Below are positions 16,807 through 26,152 of a DNA stretch of 64,000 nt, in pieces. The DNA is taken from positions 39,334 to 103,333 of the forward strand of contig CAYRYU010000010.1 of assembly GCA_964428355.1 (NCBI GenBank), read 5' to 3'. The stretch comes from an uncultured bacterium. GTDB lineage: Bacteria > Muiribacteriota > Ozemobacteria > Ozemobacterales > Ozemobacteraceae. A program made the position numbers and the translations under genes. How positions within the stretch are numbered: the first letter of the stretch is position 1; each line of letters begins with the position of its first letter. The notes below the pieces were generated by a model, which worked only from the letters and a program-made list of their open reading frames with translations, did no database searches and had not been told where the DNA came from.

Positions 16807-19394
16807 CCCCAGTGGATGACAACGAAAAGACCCGGATACTCGTTGATCCTGCCGCGCCGAGGTCAGGCGACGAGGACCTTCCCGATGAAAGCCACCCCAC
16901 CGGGCCGGGAACCGGGGCCACGGGTGGTTCCGGCACCGGTGGGACCTTCCGGGGCTGGAGTATTGTCCGGAATTTTCCCGCCCAGGGTGGGGAAGCCGAT
17001 ATTTCCCTCATCGAGAAGGCGGGGGAGCAGCGGATCCTCAAGCTCTACAGGTACGGTATCACACCGAAAAAGGAAGTGTTCGAGGCTGTAGCGTCGCTCG
17101 GGGTCAAGCACCCCGCAGGCTTCGTCAGGCTTTTCGAGTTCGGTCTCGACCCCGGAACCAACTGCTTTTTCGAGATCGACGAGTTCGTTTCCGGGGGAAC
17201 GCTCGCGGACCATCTGGTCTCCGGGCGCCTCTCCGAGGACGAGATCGAAGCCCTCTGCCGGCAACTGGTTCCCTCCCTCGAAGCGCTTCACGAGCATGGA
17301 ATTCTGCACCTCGACCTGAAACCCGGAAACCTGCTCGTCCGGAACAGGGACCCCCTCGAAGTCGTCCTCTCGGATTTCGGCCTTTCCTCGATCTATGACG
17401 CGGCTCTTTCCCAGAAATTCACCCAGACCAAGGGGACCAGCTTGTACCAATCTCCGGAAAGTGTTACTGGAGCGGTGAACCCGAAATCGGACTGGTGGTC
17501 GTTCGGGATCATGGTCATGGAACTTCTGATGGGCAGGAACCCCTTCGATGGCTTGCAGGCACAGGTGATCTTGTACCAGCTGACCACCCAGGGGGTGGAG
17601 ATTCCCCAAACGGTCTCCGGCCGATGGCGGAACCTCCTCATGGGCTTGCTGACCCGGAATCCAGAAAAACGCTGGGGCGGGGAACAGGTCCGCGCCTGGT
17701 TGGGCGGAGCGACGGTCGAAACCGGGTATCAGGAGGAGATGTCGCAAGCCAGGGAAAAGCCGTCCGCGTCAACCTTTTCAGCTTCCTCGCAGTACCGGCG
17801 TCTGGGAGTGCCCTTTACGTTCCGCGGTGTCGCCTTTAACGCCCTCGAAGACCTGGCTGGGGCGATGATCGCCTCGAGGGATGCATGGGAGGACGGGAAA
17901 GCCGATGTGGCGCGGGGAAAGCTCGCCGAGTGGCTCGAGCAGAACGGCGATAGCGATCGCGCGCGGCAGGTCCGGGGGTTGATGGATGAATCCCCAGATC
18001 CGGATCAGCTTCTGTTCAGGTTTGCGATCTATTTTCGTGCCGATCTTCCTTTCGTCTGGAGGGGCGTCCCCCTGGACGATGAGCAGTTCCGGGGGCTTCT
18101 GAAAAGTTACTCCCGGGACCTCGATCCTGGAGACAAATTCCTCGTGGAAGGGGTTTTTTCCGGGGAGCTCTTCCAGGAGTATGTGAAACTGACCGGAGGC
18201 ACCCTCGGAAAGGTCGACCCGTTTCTCAGGATCGCCAAGGGCATGAAAGGGACCGACCTCGAGAAGGAGCCCGTTTCGGCGCGGGTGGAGATTCTCCGGC
18301 GGGCGATAGACGGGGACTTCGCCGGAAGCAGGGCACTTTCCACACTGAAGGTTGCCCTCGGCGGTGCAGGGCATGCAGCCGAAGAAATCTTCCTGATGAT
18401 CCAGAAGAAGGGGTTCAACACATTCGCCCAGAAAGCTGCCTTGTGGCAGCCAGGGGACCAGGACCTCTGGAACATGGTCATGAAGGTCTTCCTGAAGAGC
18501 GATCATCTCAGGAACCTGAACTTCGCGACCTTCTTCCAACACTCCGAATCGGTTCTCGCCGCTGCCAGGAAAGACCCCACGATCAGGGATTTCATCGTCC
18601 GCGTTTTTGGAAGGGCCAACATCGATCTTGGCCTGGTAAAGCAGATCCAGGATTTTTCCGAAATCCAGCCCTGGGTCGAACCTTTGATCCGTTCGGTCTA
18701 CAATCTTCCATCCGGCGAGAAACTCAAGATCTGTCTTGGCAACCTCATGGTGGCCGCCCCCCTCAACGCCAGGTGGGACGAGATATCGGGCCGATACATC
18801 ATCCCGCCTTTCCTGAACGACCTCCGGAACGGCAAGGTCATCTCGCAGGGAAACCTGAAACTTGCCCGACAGGTGATCGACCAACCTGATCTCCTTCCCC
18901 TCAAGTCGCCCGATTTTTCCAACTGGGCCGAGTTCGTGAGTCTCATTCAAACCCCAGCCGAGATCAACCCCGAGTCGATCGAGTATCTCGATTTCCTTCG
19001 CCGGGAAAGGGACCGCCTTTCCATGGGCCAGCGCAGGACATGCTTCGAAAGCATCGTTCGATGGGTGATCTACCTCCTTGCTGGTTTTTTCCTGCTCTCC
19101 CTGACCTCTCCCCCCCGTCGATACAGTGGCGATGCACGCGAGAGAAGTTGCTACGCCAATATGCGGACGATTCTCGGGGCGGTCGAGATGTACAACATGG
19201 ATCATTCCCAGATGATGAGCGGTGTCGAGGATCCCGATACGTTGAACACGCTCCTGAGGTCGAACTACCTTCGTAATCAGATCACGAGGCCTGTTCCCGG
19301 GTGCCGATACTCCAATGACGGCGATCTGACCGGCTTGGGGGCGGTAACCTGCGAGATTCACGGGACCGTGGATGACCGTAGCACCAACCGCTGA
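16803..19394 (+). CDS. Hanks-type Ser/Thr protein kinase (non-RD) paralog with shared C-terminal module, TM helix and extracytoplasmic tail
   Basis: Motifs: AQGGEADISLI...QRILKLYRYG, HLDLKPGNLLV, DFGLSS, SPESV. The C-terminal module is homologous to the 8712 and 12855 proteins: GFNTFAQKAALWQPGDQD, IIPPFLNDLRNGKV. A TM segment (WVIYLLAGFFLLSLTSPP) follows. The 90-aa tail beginning RERSCYANMRTILGAVEMYNMDH resembles the post-helix segment of GspG/DUF1559-type pseudopilins. Confidence 0.8.
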   Translation: MTPVDDNEKTRILVDPAAPRSGDEDLPDESHPTGPGTGATGGSGTGGTFRGWSIVRNFPAQGGEADISLIEKAGEQRILKLYRYGITPKKEVFEAVASLGVKHPAGFVRLFEFGLDPGTNCFFEIDEFVSGGTLADHLVSGRLSEDEIEALCRQLVPSLEALHEHGILHLDLKPGNLLVRNRDPLEVVLSDFGLSSIYDAALSQKFTQTKGTSLYQSPESVTGAVNPKSDWWSFGIMVMELLMGRNPFDGLQAQVILYQLTTQGVEIPQTVSGRWRNLLMGLLTRNPEKRWGGEQVRAWLGGATVETGYQEEMSQAREKPSASTFSASSQYRRLGVPFTFRGVAFNALEDLAGAMIASRDAWEDGKADVARGKLAEWLEQNGDSDRARQVRGLMDESPDPDQLLFRFAIYFRADLPFVWRGVPLDDEQFRGLLKSYSRDLDPGDKFLVEGVFSGELFQEYVKLTGGTLGKVDPFLRIAKGMKGTDLEKEPVSARVEILRRAIDGDFAGSRALSTLKVALGGAGHAAEEIFLMIQKKGFNTFAQKAALWQPGDQDLWNMVMKVFLKSDHLRNLNFATFFQHSESVLAAARKDPTIRDFIVRVFGRANIDLGLVKQIQDFSEIQPWVEPLIRSVYNLPSGEKLKICLGNLMVAAPLNARWDEISGRYIIPPFLNDLRNGKVISQGNLKLARQVIDQPDLLPLKSPDFSNWAEFVSLIQTPAEINPESIEYLDFLRRERDRLSMGQRRTCFESIVRWVIYLLAGFFLLSLTSPPRRYSGDARERSCYANMRTILGAVEMYNMDHSQMMSGVEDPDTLNTLLRSNYLRNQITRPVPGCRYSNDGDLTGLGAVTCEIHGTVDDRSTNR

Positions 19395-19437
19395 CCGGTT
19401 TCCACCATGGATTTCCCATCGGGAAACCACACCCTGA

Positions 19438-19465
19438 TTGACATACGGGGAAATTCTGGTATATT
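19438..19465 (+). promoter_or_regulatory. Sigma-70-type promoter (TTGACA-N16-TATATT) for the lipoprotein gene
   Basis: Read directly from sequence: ttgaca 19438-19443, a 16-nt spacer, tatatt 19460-19465. AGGAGG RBS at 19494-19499 and ATG at 19505. Near-consensus AT-rich hexamers are conspicuous in this GC-rich context. Confidence 0.45.
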
Positions 19466-19504
19466 CCCCTTTCGATTCAAAAAAAATCTTTCCCAGGAGG
19501 GATC

Positions 19505-20848
19505 ATGAAAAAGCTGTTTTGCCTCGTCCTTTGCGTTGCGGTTCTGGGAGGAATGATCGTAATGAGCGGTTGTGGCGGCGGAAGCGGCGGAGGAATCCTC
19601 GGTGCCGTTGCCGGTGTCCTGATCATCGCGGCTGTTGCTTCTTCCGGTGGCGCGGGCGCGGCCGTCTTTGCGGCATCGGTTCGTGAGCGGCCCCAGTCGG
19701 CCATCCTCTCGGCCTATCAGACCACGAGATACGTCGCCCGGATCAAGATCGACGGGGACGTCGCCACCATCACCAACGCCGTGAACTACGTCGATGCCAA
19801 TACACTCCAGGTCAATAACGTCCAGGTCTCCACCACGCAGGGCTCCCACCAGGTTCTCGTCGAGTTCCTTCCCGCCAGTAACACCTCTTCATCCGATCCT
19901 TATTTCAAGGGGTATTTCACCGCAGACTTCGGGCTGGCGGCCTCCATCGCGTCTCCCACAATCGGAGCAACGCAGACCGCCCAGGCCCTGGCCTACGAAT
20001 ACTGGCGCAACAAATCGGGGGCAACCGGGAAGACGATCAACGAATTCCTTGCACAGAATCCCGATCTGGCAACTTTGACCGCCCAGGTCATCAACGACCT
20101 CCAACCTGCTCTTGGGACGCCCACCGCCACTTTCCAGTGGTCGACCACCACCACCCAGACCGCTTCCGCGGTCGCCAATGCCACCGTCGTCCCCGGCGGC
20201 ACCGAACAGAAATGGGATTGCTACACCTACGCTCCGGAGAACATGACCGGCGTTTTCAACACCATCAACTTCGCCTGGAACGGGAACACCGGAACCATAA
20301 ACTATTCCGATACCATGCCGGGCGGGAATACGAACTCCGGTCAGGGGAACGCGACCCGCTCTGGGACAACCTTCACCGGATCCGTCAACGAGACCCACAA
20401 TTCCAGCCAGGGAATCCTCCTCTGGAAGGGAACTTCCACGATGGCGGGGAGATATGATTCCGATTCACAGATCACCATGAATGCCACCTCGACGTCGGCC
20501 AACGATTCCCCCCAACAGGGAACCTGGGGCTATCAATCCAAGATGCTCCTCCAGACCGGAACCGCGGCCAACGTCTCCGGAACGTGGTCATGCAACGCTC
20601 CGGTATTCACGATGACCCTTCAGCAGGCTGGAACGACGGTTACCGGCCAGACGACGATCCCCGGGGGCGTCACCGTCCTCGGGTCCGTTTCGAACAACAT
20701 TCTGACCTTGACCACCTCCTCAACCCAGCAGCCCGATTATCACGAGACCTGGAAGTTCCTCGTCGTGGGAACACAGCTTATGGGGCATTACATCGTTCAG
20801 GGAACCAATCCCCCGCAGATGGGGGCCTTGAGGCTCAATCAACCCTGA
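19505..20848 (+). CDS. Lipoprotein, Thr/Ser/Asn/Gly-rich secreted protein
   Basis: Signal peptide MKKLFCLVLCVAVLGGMIVMSGC with a lipobox-like VMSGC. A Gly-rich linker follows, then a Thr/Asn/Ser/Gly-rich beta-type sequence. Strong RBS and promoter upstream, terminator downstream. Confidence 0.65.
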   Translation: MKKLFCLVLCVAVLGGMIVMSGCGGGSGGGILGAVAGVLIIAAVASSGGAGAAVFAASVRERPQSAILSAYQTTRYVARIKIDGDVATITNAVNYVDANTLQVNNVQVSTTQGSHQVLVEFLPASNTSSSDPYFKGYFTADFGLAASIASPTIGATQTAQALAYEYWRNKSGATGKTINEFLAQNPDLATLTAQVINDLQPALGTPTATFQWSTTTTQTASAVANATVVPGGTEQKWDCYTYAPENMTGVFNTINFAWNGNTGTINYSDTMPGGNTNSGQGNATRSGTTFTGSVNETHNSSQGILLWKGTSTMAGRYDSDSQITMNATSTSANDSPQQGTWGYQSKMLLQTGTAANVSGTWSCNAPVFTMTLQQAGTTVTGQTTIPGGVTVLGSVSNNILTLTTSSTQQPDYHETWKFLVVGTQLMGHYIVQGTNPPQMGALRLNQP

Positions 20849-20873
20849 ATCCTGCCGGACAATCGAACCATTC

Positions 20874-20900
20874 CCCGCGCCCCCGGGCGCGGGTTTTTTT
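20874..20900 (+). terminator. Rho-independent terminator
   Basis: cccgcgccc(20874-20882) / gggcgcggg(20885-20893) perfect 9-bp GC stem, followed by ttttttt (20894-20900). Sits 26 nt after the lipoprotein stop. Confidence 0.7.
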
Positions 20901-20981
20901 CGTTTCCCTTTGTCGGATTCTGGGGTAGAATTCTGAGGAAATCCAGGTATGTACAACAAGAATCCATGATTGGGGAATGGC

Positions 20982-23744
20982 ATGAAAGAGCTTATCATCA
21001 CCGCCCGTTCCATGTCCGCAGAACAGGCCGCTCCGATGGTCGGGGGAAAGGGGGCCAACCTTCTCCGCCTCGTCGAGGCCCAGGCCGACGTCCCGCCCTT
21101 CATCATCCTGACCAGCCGGTGCTTCGACGAATTCGTCGGCTCGTTCGGGGGGGAGTTCCAGGACATGCTCTCGAAGATCGACTGTACAAGTCCCTCGACG
21201 ATCGCCGCGACCGGCCAGGCTTTACGGGATTGCATGTGCCGGCACCCCCTTCCTCCCGCGATCGCGGAAGAAATGTACGCCAGACTGGCTGAAGCCATTC
21301 CCCCAGATTCCTTCCTGGCGGTAAGGTCAAGTGCCCTCGGAGAGGATTCGAAGGAATTCTCCTATGCCGGGATGCTCGACACCCTCCTTTTCCAGCGCTC
21401 GCACACCGAGATTTCCCGGTCCGTGGTCCAGTGCTGGGCCTCCATCTACTCGGATAGGGCGATCGCGTACCGGCACATGAGGAACATCGCACAGTCTGGA
21501 ATCTCGATGGCCGTCGTCGTCCAGAAGATGATCGACGGAGTCGCATCTGGCGTGACCTTCACGGTCAATCCCACCACCAGGTATGAGGACGAAATCCTCA
21601 TCAGCGCAGTCTGGGGACTCGGGGAAGGGCTGGTCTCCGGAGGGGTCGACGCGGACCAGTTCGTTTGCCTTCGCAAGGACGGTTATCCGATCGATTTCCG
21701 GCGCATCACCGAGAAGCCCGAACTGATCAAATTCGACGCGGCGCGCGGAGCGGGAACCATCCAGGAAGCTCTTGGGGCGGATCAGGCCGCGAAACCCTGC
21801 CTGACCGATCCACAAGTCTGCGAGATCGCTTCGGTCTGTCACCGGATCGAGACCAGGTACCGCGGGGTTCCTCAGGACATCGAATGGACGATCGACCGGG
21901 ACGACGGCAAGCTCAAGATCCTACAGGCCAGACCGATCACGACCATCGACCGGCCCTGGCCGTCCGAACGGAAGTACATGACCCTCTGGGACAACTCCAA
22001 CATCGTCGAGAGCTACTCAGGCGTCACCTCCCCGTTGACCTTCTCTTTCGCCATCCACGCCTATCATATGGTCTACGTGCAGTTCTGTCAGGTTCTCGGC
22101 GTCCCCGAGGCCGACATCCAGAAGAACGATTTCGCTTTCGCCAACATGCTCGGCCTGATGAACGGCCGGATCTACTACAACCTCAAGAACTGGTACAAGT
22201 TGGTTTCCGTGTTGCCGGGGTATTCCTACAATGCCCGGTTCATGGAAGGAATGATGGGGGTGAAGGCCACCTTCGAGGAGCAGGTCGAGAAGCCGCCCGA
22301 GGACTTCTTTTCGAAATACTTCGTCGCGCTTCCGAAAGTGATCAAGGTGGGTTTCAACCTCGCCTGGAAGTTCTACAACACCGATGCCGAAGTGAAGCGG
22401 TTCATGGAGATCTACAAAAACCAGTACGAAAAGTACAAGGATTTCGATTTCGATTCCGCCCCTGCCCACAAGATCGTCGAGATATACAACGAGCTCGAGA
22501 ACACGGTCCTTCGGAACTGGAAGGCCCCGATAATCAACGATTTCATGGCCATGATTTTTTACGGGGTCCTTCGCTCTCTCCTGAAGAGCTGGGATCTCGG
22601 CGATGATCCCTCGCTTCCCAACGACCTTTGTTCAGGCCAGGGGAACGTGGAAAGCACCCTTCCGATGCGGTCGCTCCAGAAGATGGCCCGGTTCATCTGC
22701 CAGACCCCGTCCCTGAAGGAAACCTTCCGGACCCGTGACCCTGTTGCCCTCAAGGGAATGTTCGCACGTCGTCCCGCCGGGAACGAACCCCCCGAGTTCA
22801 CGGAGATGTGCAACAAGGTGATGGACTATCTCGATGAGTACGGTTATCGGGCGATGAACGAGCTCAAGCTCGAGGAGCCTTCCCTGAGCGAGAAACCCGA
22901 GTTCCTGTTCAGCATCCTGAAAAACTACGCCGCGGGCTCCCTTCCTCCCGAAGAGGATTCCGGGCAGGCCGAGGCCGAGAAGCGGAAAGCCGCGGAGCGG
23001 AAGGTGGCGGAAAAGCTTGGGCATCAGACCTGTTACGGTTTTTTCCGGAAGATCGACGTGCTGAACTTCGTCACCAGGTATGCCAAGAAGGCGATGGCAG
23101 TGCGTGAATACCAACGTTTCGCGCGGACCAAGATGTACGGCCTGGTTCGGAAGATGTACATCGGGATCGGACGGAGGTTCGTTGAGCGTGGGGTCCTGGA
23201 CCGCCATGAGGACGTCTTCTACCTCACCACCGAGGAGGTCATTTCCTTCGTCGTTGGAACGGCGCGAAGCCAGAAACTCCGTGAGATCGCAGCGCTCCGA
23301 AAGGGCGAATTCGACGGTTACCGTGCCCAGGACGAGCTTCCCGACCGTATCGAGACACATGGGATCGTCTATACCAACGACCTGCGGAAGAGCGCAATCC
23401 AGATGAAGCAATCCGATGATCCCAACGTCCTTACCGGTCTGGGGGGATGCTCGGGAGTGGTCAAGGGGAAGGTGAAGGTTATCCTCAATCCCAGCGATGA
23501 CATGAGCCTGAATGGTGAAATCCTGGTCGCGGCAAGGACCGACCCCGGCTGGGTTCCCTTGTTTCCTTCGGCCGCCGGTCTGATCATCGAGCGGGGCAGC
23601 ATGCTTTCCCATTCCGTCATCGTAGCCCGGGAACTCGGTCTCCCCGCGATCGTGGGGGTAACCGGCGCGACGAAACGCCTCAAAACCGGCGACCTGGTCG
23701 AAATGGATGGAACCAGCGGAATTATCCGGATCCTGTCGCAGTAA
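20982..23744 (+). CDS. PEP-utilising enzyme family protein (PPDK_N ATP-grasp + C-terminal phospho-His swivel domain; rifampin-phosphotransferase/PpsA-like)
   Basis: The ORF track starts at TTG 20970; ATG 20982 gives MKELIIT. N-terminus MVGGKGANLLRL is the PEP/pyruvate-binding ATP-grasp signature. C-terminus GGCSGVVKG...AARTDPGWVPLF...ERGSMLSHSVIVARELGLPAIVGV is the mobile His domain with the catalytic His in SHS. A roughly 450-aa central region is of unknown specificity. Confidence 0.75.
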   Translation: MKELIITARSMSAEQAAPMVGGKGANLLRLVEAQADVPPFIILTSRCFDEFVGSFGGEFQDMLSKIDCTSPSTIAATGQALRDCMCRHPLPPAIAEEMYARLAEAIPPDSFLAVRSSALGEDSKEFSYAGMLDTLLFQRSHTEISRSVVQCWASIYSDRAIAYRHMRNIAQSGISMAVVVQKMIDGVASGVTFTVNPTTRYEDEILISAVWGLGEGLVSGGVDADQFVCLRKDGYPIDFRRITEKPELIKFDAARGAGTIQEALGADQAAKPCLTDPQVCEIASVCHRIETRYRGVPQDIEWTIDRDDGKLKILQARPITTIDRPWPSERKYMTLWDNSNIVESYSGVTSPLTFSFAIHAYHMVYVQFCQVLGVPEADIQKNDFAFANMLGLMNGRIYYNLKNWYKLVSVLPGYSYNARFMEGMMGVKATFEEQVEKPPEDFFSKYFVALPKVIKVGFNLAWKFYNTDAEVKRFMEIYKNQYEKYKDFDFDSAPAHKIVEIYNELENTVLRNWKAPIINDFMAMIFYGVLRSLLKSWDLGDDPSLPNDLCSGQGNVESTLPMRSLQKMARFICQTPSLKETFRTRDPVALKGMFARRPAGNEPPEFTEMCNKVMDYLDEYGYRAMNELKLEEPSLSEKPEFLFSILKNYAAGSLPPEEDSGQAEAEKRKAAERKVAEKLGHQTCYGFFRKIDVLNFVTRYAKKAMAVREYQRFARTKMYGLVRKMYIGIGRRFVERGVLDRHEDVFYLTTEEVISFVVGTARSQKLREIAALRKGEFDGYRAQDELPDRIETHGIVYTNDLRKSAIQMKQSDDPNVLTGLGGCSGVVKGKVKVILNPSDDMSLNGEILVAARTDPGWVPLFPSAAGLIIERGSMLSHSVIVARELGLPAIVGVTGATKRLKTGDLVEMDGTSGIIRILSQ

Positions 23745-23758
23745 GGCAAGGAGATGTC

Positions 23759-26086
23759 ATGAGCGAGTCGGGCTCAACTACGGGTATCTACCAGAAAGTG
23801 GCGGAATTCCTCGTCCCGCGCCGGAACCTGCTGTTCGGGGTCACGGTCGTTCTTTGCCTCGCCAGCCTGATTTTCGCCGGCAATATCGCGATCGACAACA
23901 GCCTGGAGGTCTGGTTCCTGGAATCGGATCCCACACTGGTGGCATATCGTGAATTCAAGAAGATCTACGGGAACGATGAGATCATCCTGGCGATGGTCGA
24001 TTGTTCCAAGGGTGGCATTTTTCAGAAAGAGACTCTCAATGCCCTTCTCAAAGCCTCGAAAGAGATCGAGGAGGACAAGAAGAACATCAGGCGCGTTCTG
24101 AGCGTCGCTCTTTCTCCCTATATCGGGTTGCAGGGGGAAAACGAGCTGATAGTCGAGGATCTGATGACCGGGGAGGCCACCGACGATAAGTCCGTCGAAA
24201 CGATCCGGGCCCGGTTCATGGAGGATCCCTTCAAGGTAAAGCTCCTGACCGACAAACTCCAGGGGCAGGCGATATTGCTCATCGAACCCGTCGCGGGCAA
24301 CGATATGGACGTTCGCAGGCCCCTGATCATCCAGGCTGTCCGGGACAAACTGCAGGGGTTCTCGTTCCGCCTTGCAGGAATGGGCGTCATGTACGACGAG
24401 CTGAACCGGCTGAGTCTGCGGGATGGAATGGTTTTTTCCGGCCTCTCCTACGTCATCATCGCCCTCGTCATCTTCATCCTGTACCGTTCCTGGGGTTTCC
24501 TTCTCGTGGTCATCTGCGTGATGGTTCTCGGAGGAACCAGTTTCATCGGCGTTTACGGCCTCTTCCACCAGAACTTCAACATGGTCACGATCGTTCTTCC
24601 CACGTTGATGATGATCCTGGCGATCTCCGACGTGGCGTACGTTTACAATCATTACTGCGTGAACATCGGAAAGGTGAAGGAAGACAAGGAGAAGGCCCTG
24701 ATCGATATCTACGGACATTGCCTTTCCCCCTGCCTTTTCACCTCGGTCACCAACGCCGTGGGGTTCCTGTCCATCGTATCGAGTCCCATGCTCGTTCTAC
24801 GGGGCTTCGGCTGGTTTGCCGCCCTCGCCGCGATGATCGAGTATTTCATTTCGATGCTGTCCGCTCTTTTCGTACTCGGCTTCCTCAACCCAGATTCGGT
24901 CGGGGAGCTCGCCCGGCCCTTCGCGGGTCTGGTCGAATCCGTCGTTAGGGCAGTTCCCCGTTACCACAAGGCAATTCTCGTGATCCTGCTGGCCTCCACC
25001 GCTTTCGGATTCTACGGAATCTTCGGCCTTCTGGAAGTCGATACCTACTCGATGGGTTTCCTGCACGAATCCAATCCGGTCCGCGTCGACAGCGACAACG
25101 TTGAAAAGGTTTACGGCAACTACCTTCCCCTCGAGGTCCGGTTGCTTGCCAGCGGGGAACTCGGGATCCAGGACCCCGAGTTCATTTCGCGTCTTTCCCG
25201 GACGCACGACGATCTGGAAGCCCTTCCGGGCGTCCAGCGGGCGGCATCCATCGTCGATGTCCTCAAGAAGATCAACCAGGTGATGTCCCAGGGCGGCGCT
25301 TCCTCCTCCTACGTCGTTCCCGATTCGGCCAACGGGATCTCCCAGGCGATCATGTTCTATGGTTCCGATCCCGACAACGACCTGGAATACATGACCAATC
25401 CCCCTTCCTTCACCGAAGCCAGGCTGACCGTAAGGGTGCCGATGGTCAGCGCTTCCGGTCTGCGAGGATATGAAATGAAGGTCAAGGAGGTTCTCGACCG
25501 CAACTTCGCCTCGATGCCCGTTCAGATCATTTTCGGCGGGTATGTCCCCCTCTACTCCAGAATAATCAACTACATCACCTCGAGCCAGGTTTCCAGCTTC
25601 GGGCTCGCGCTGATATTCATATTCGGGCCGATGGCCCTCATCTTCAAGCGGTTCAGCGCCCTCTGGCTGGGTGTGATCCCCAATGTCTTCCCGATCATCA
25701 TGACGCTCGGGATGATGGGATGGCTCGGAATCCGCCTCGACATCGCCTCCGTCACCATCGCGTCAATCGCCCTGGGTGTGGCGGTGGACGATACGATCCA
25801 CGAGCTTTTCCTGTTTTTCGACCCCGCCAGGAAAAACCTCGATCCGGTCGAGTCGATAAGCGAATGCATCATCGAAGCCGGACCCGCCGTGGTCTCCACT
25901 TCCATCATCTATGCCCTCGGATTCTCCGCCCTCATCCTTGCAAGCATCAAGTCCGTCATGCTGTTCGGGGGATTGCTGGCATTGACCCTGGTTTTCGGAA
26001 TGTTCTGCGAGATAACGATCCTTCCTGCCATCATCTGCTACTTTCGCGGTCACCTCATCCGGGCACGGGAAACCAGCTGGATGTGA
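23759..26086 (+). CDS. MMPL/RND-superfamily exporter (HpnN/MmpL-like)
   Basis: 775 aa. Two 6-TM bundles each preceded by a soluble loop. Recognisable RND/MMPL segments: NDEIILAMVDC, DVAYVYNHY, and VAVDDTIHELFLFFDP in the second bundle. AAGGAG RBS upstream. Confidence 0.75.
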   Translation: MSESGSTTGIYQKVAEFLVPRRNLLFGVTVVLCLASLIFAGNIAIDNSLEVWFLESDPTLVAYREFKKIYGNDEIILAMVDCSKGGIFQKETLNALLKASKEIEEDKKNIRRVLSVALSPYIGLQGENELIVEDLMTGEATDDKSVETIRARFMEDPFKVKLLTDKLQGQAILLIEPVAGNDMDVRRPLIIQAVRDKLQGFSFRLAGMGVMYDELNRLSLRDGMVFSGLSYVIIALVIFILYRSWGFLLVVICVMVLGGTSFIGVYGLFHQNFNMVTIVLPTLMMILAISDVAYVYNHYCVNIGKVKEDKEKALIDIYGHCLSPCLFTSVTNAVGFLSIVSSPMLVLRGFGWFAALAAMIEYFISMLSALFVLGFLNPDSVGELARPFAGLVESVVRAVPRYHKAILVILLASTAFGFYGIFGLLEVDTYSMGFLHESNPVRVDSDNVEKVYGNYLPLEVRLLASGELGIQDPEFISRLSRTHDDLEALPGVQRAASIVDVLKKINQVMSQGGASSSYVVPDSANGISQAIMFYGSDPDNDLEYMTNPPSFTEARLTVRVPMVSASGLRGYEMKVKEVLDRNFASMPVQIIFGGYVPLYSRIINYITSSQVSSFGLALIFIFGPMALIFKRFSALWLGVIPNVFPIIMTLGMMGWLGIRLDIASVTIASIALGVAVDDTIHELFLFFDPARKNLDPVESISECIIEAGPAVVSTSIIYALGFSALILASIKSVMLFGGLLALTLVFGMFCEITILPAIICYFRGHLIRARETSWM

Positions 26087-26152
26087 CTTTCCCGGATCCG
26101 CCCGGTACCGATATCCGGGGACGGGAAACAATCTGAGTAGGGGAGAAGAAGA

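Noticed and set aside
17778-19430. 550-aa minus-strand ORF antisense to kinase 2
   Set aside because: Antisense to a gene with clear kinase motifs. Low-complexity Pro/Gly/Arg-rich translation; no RBS context.
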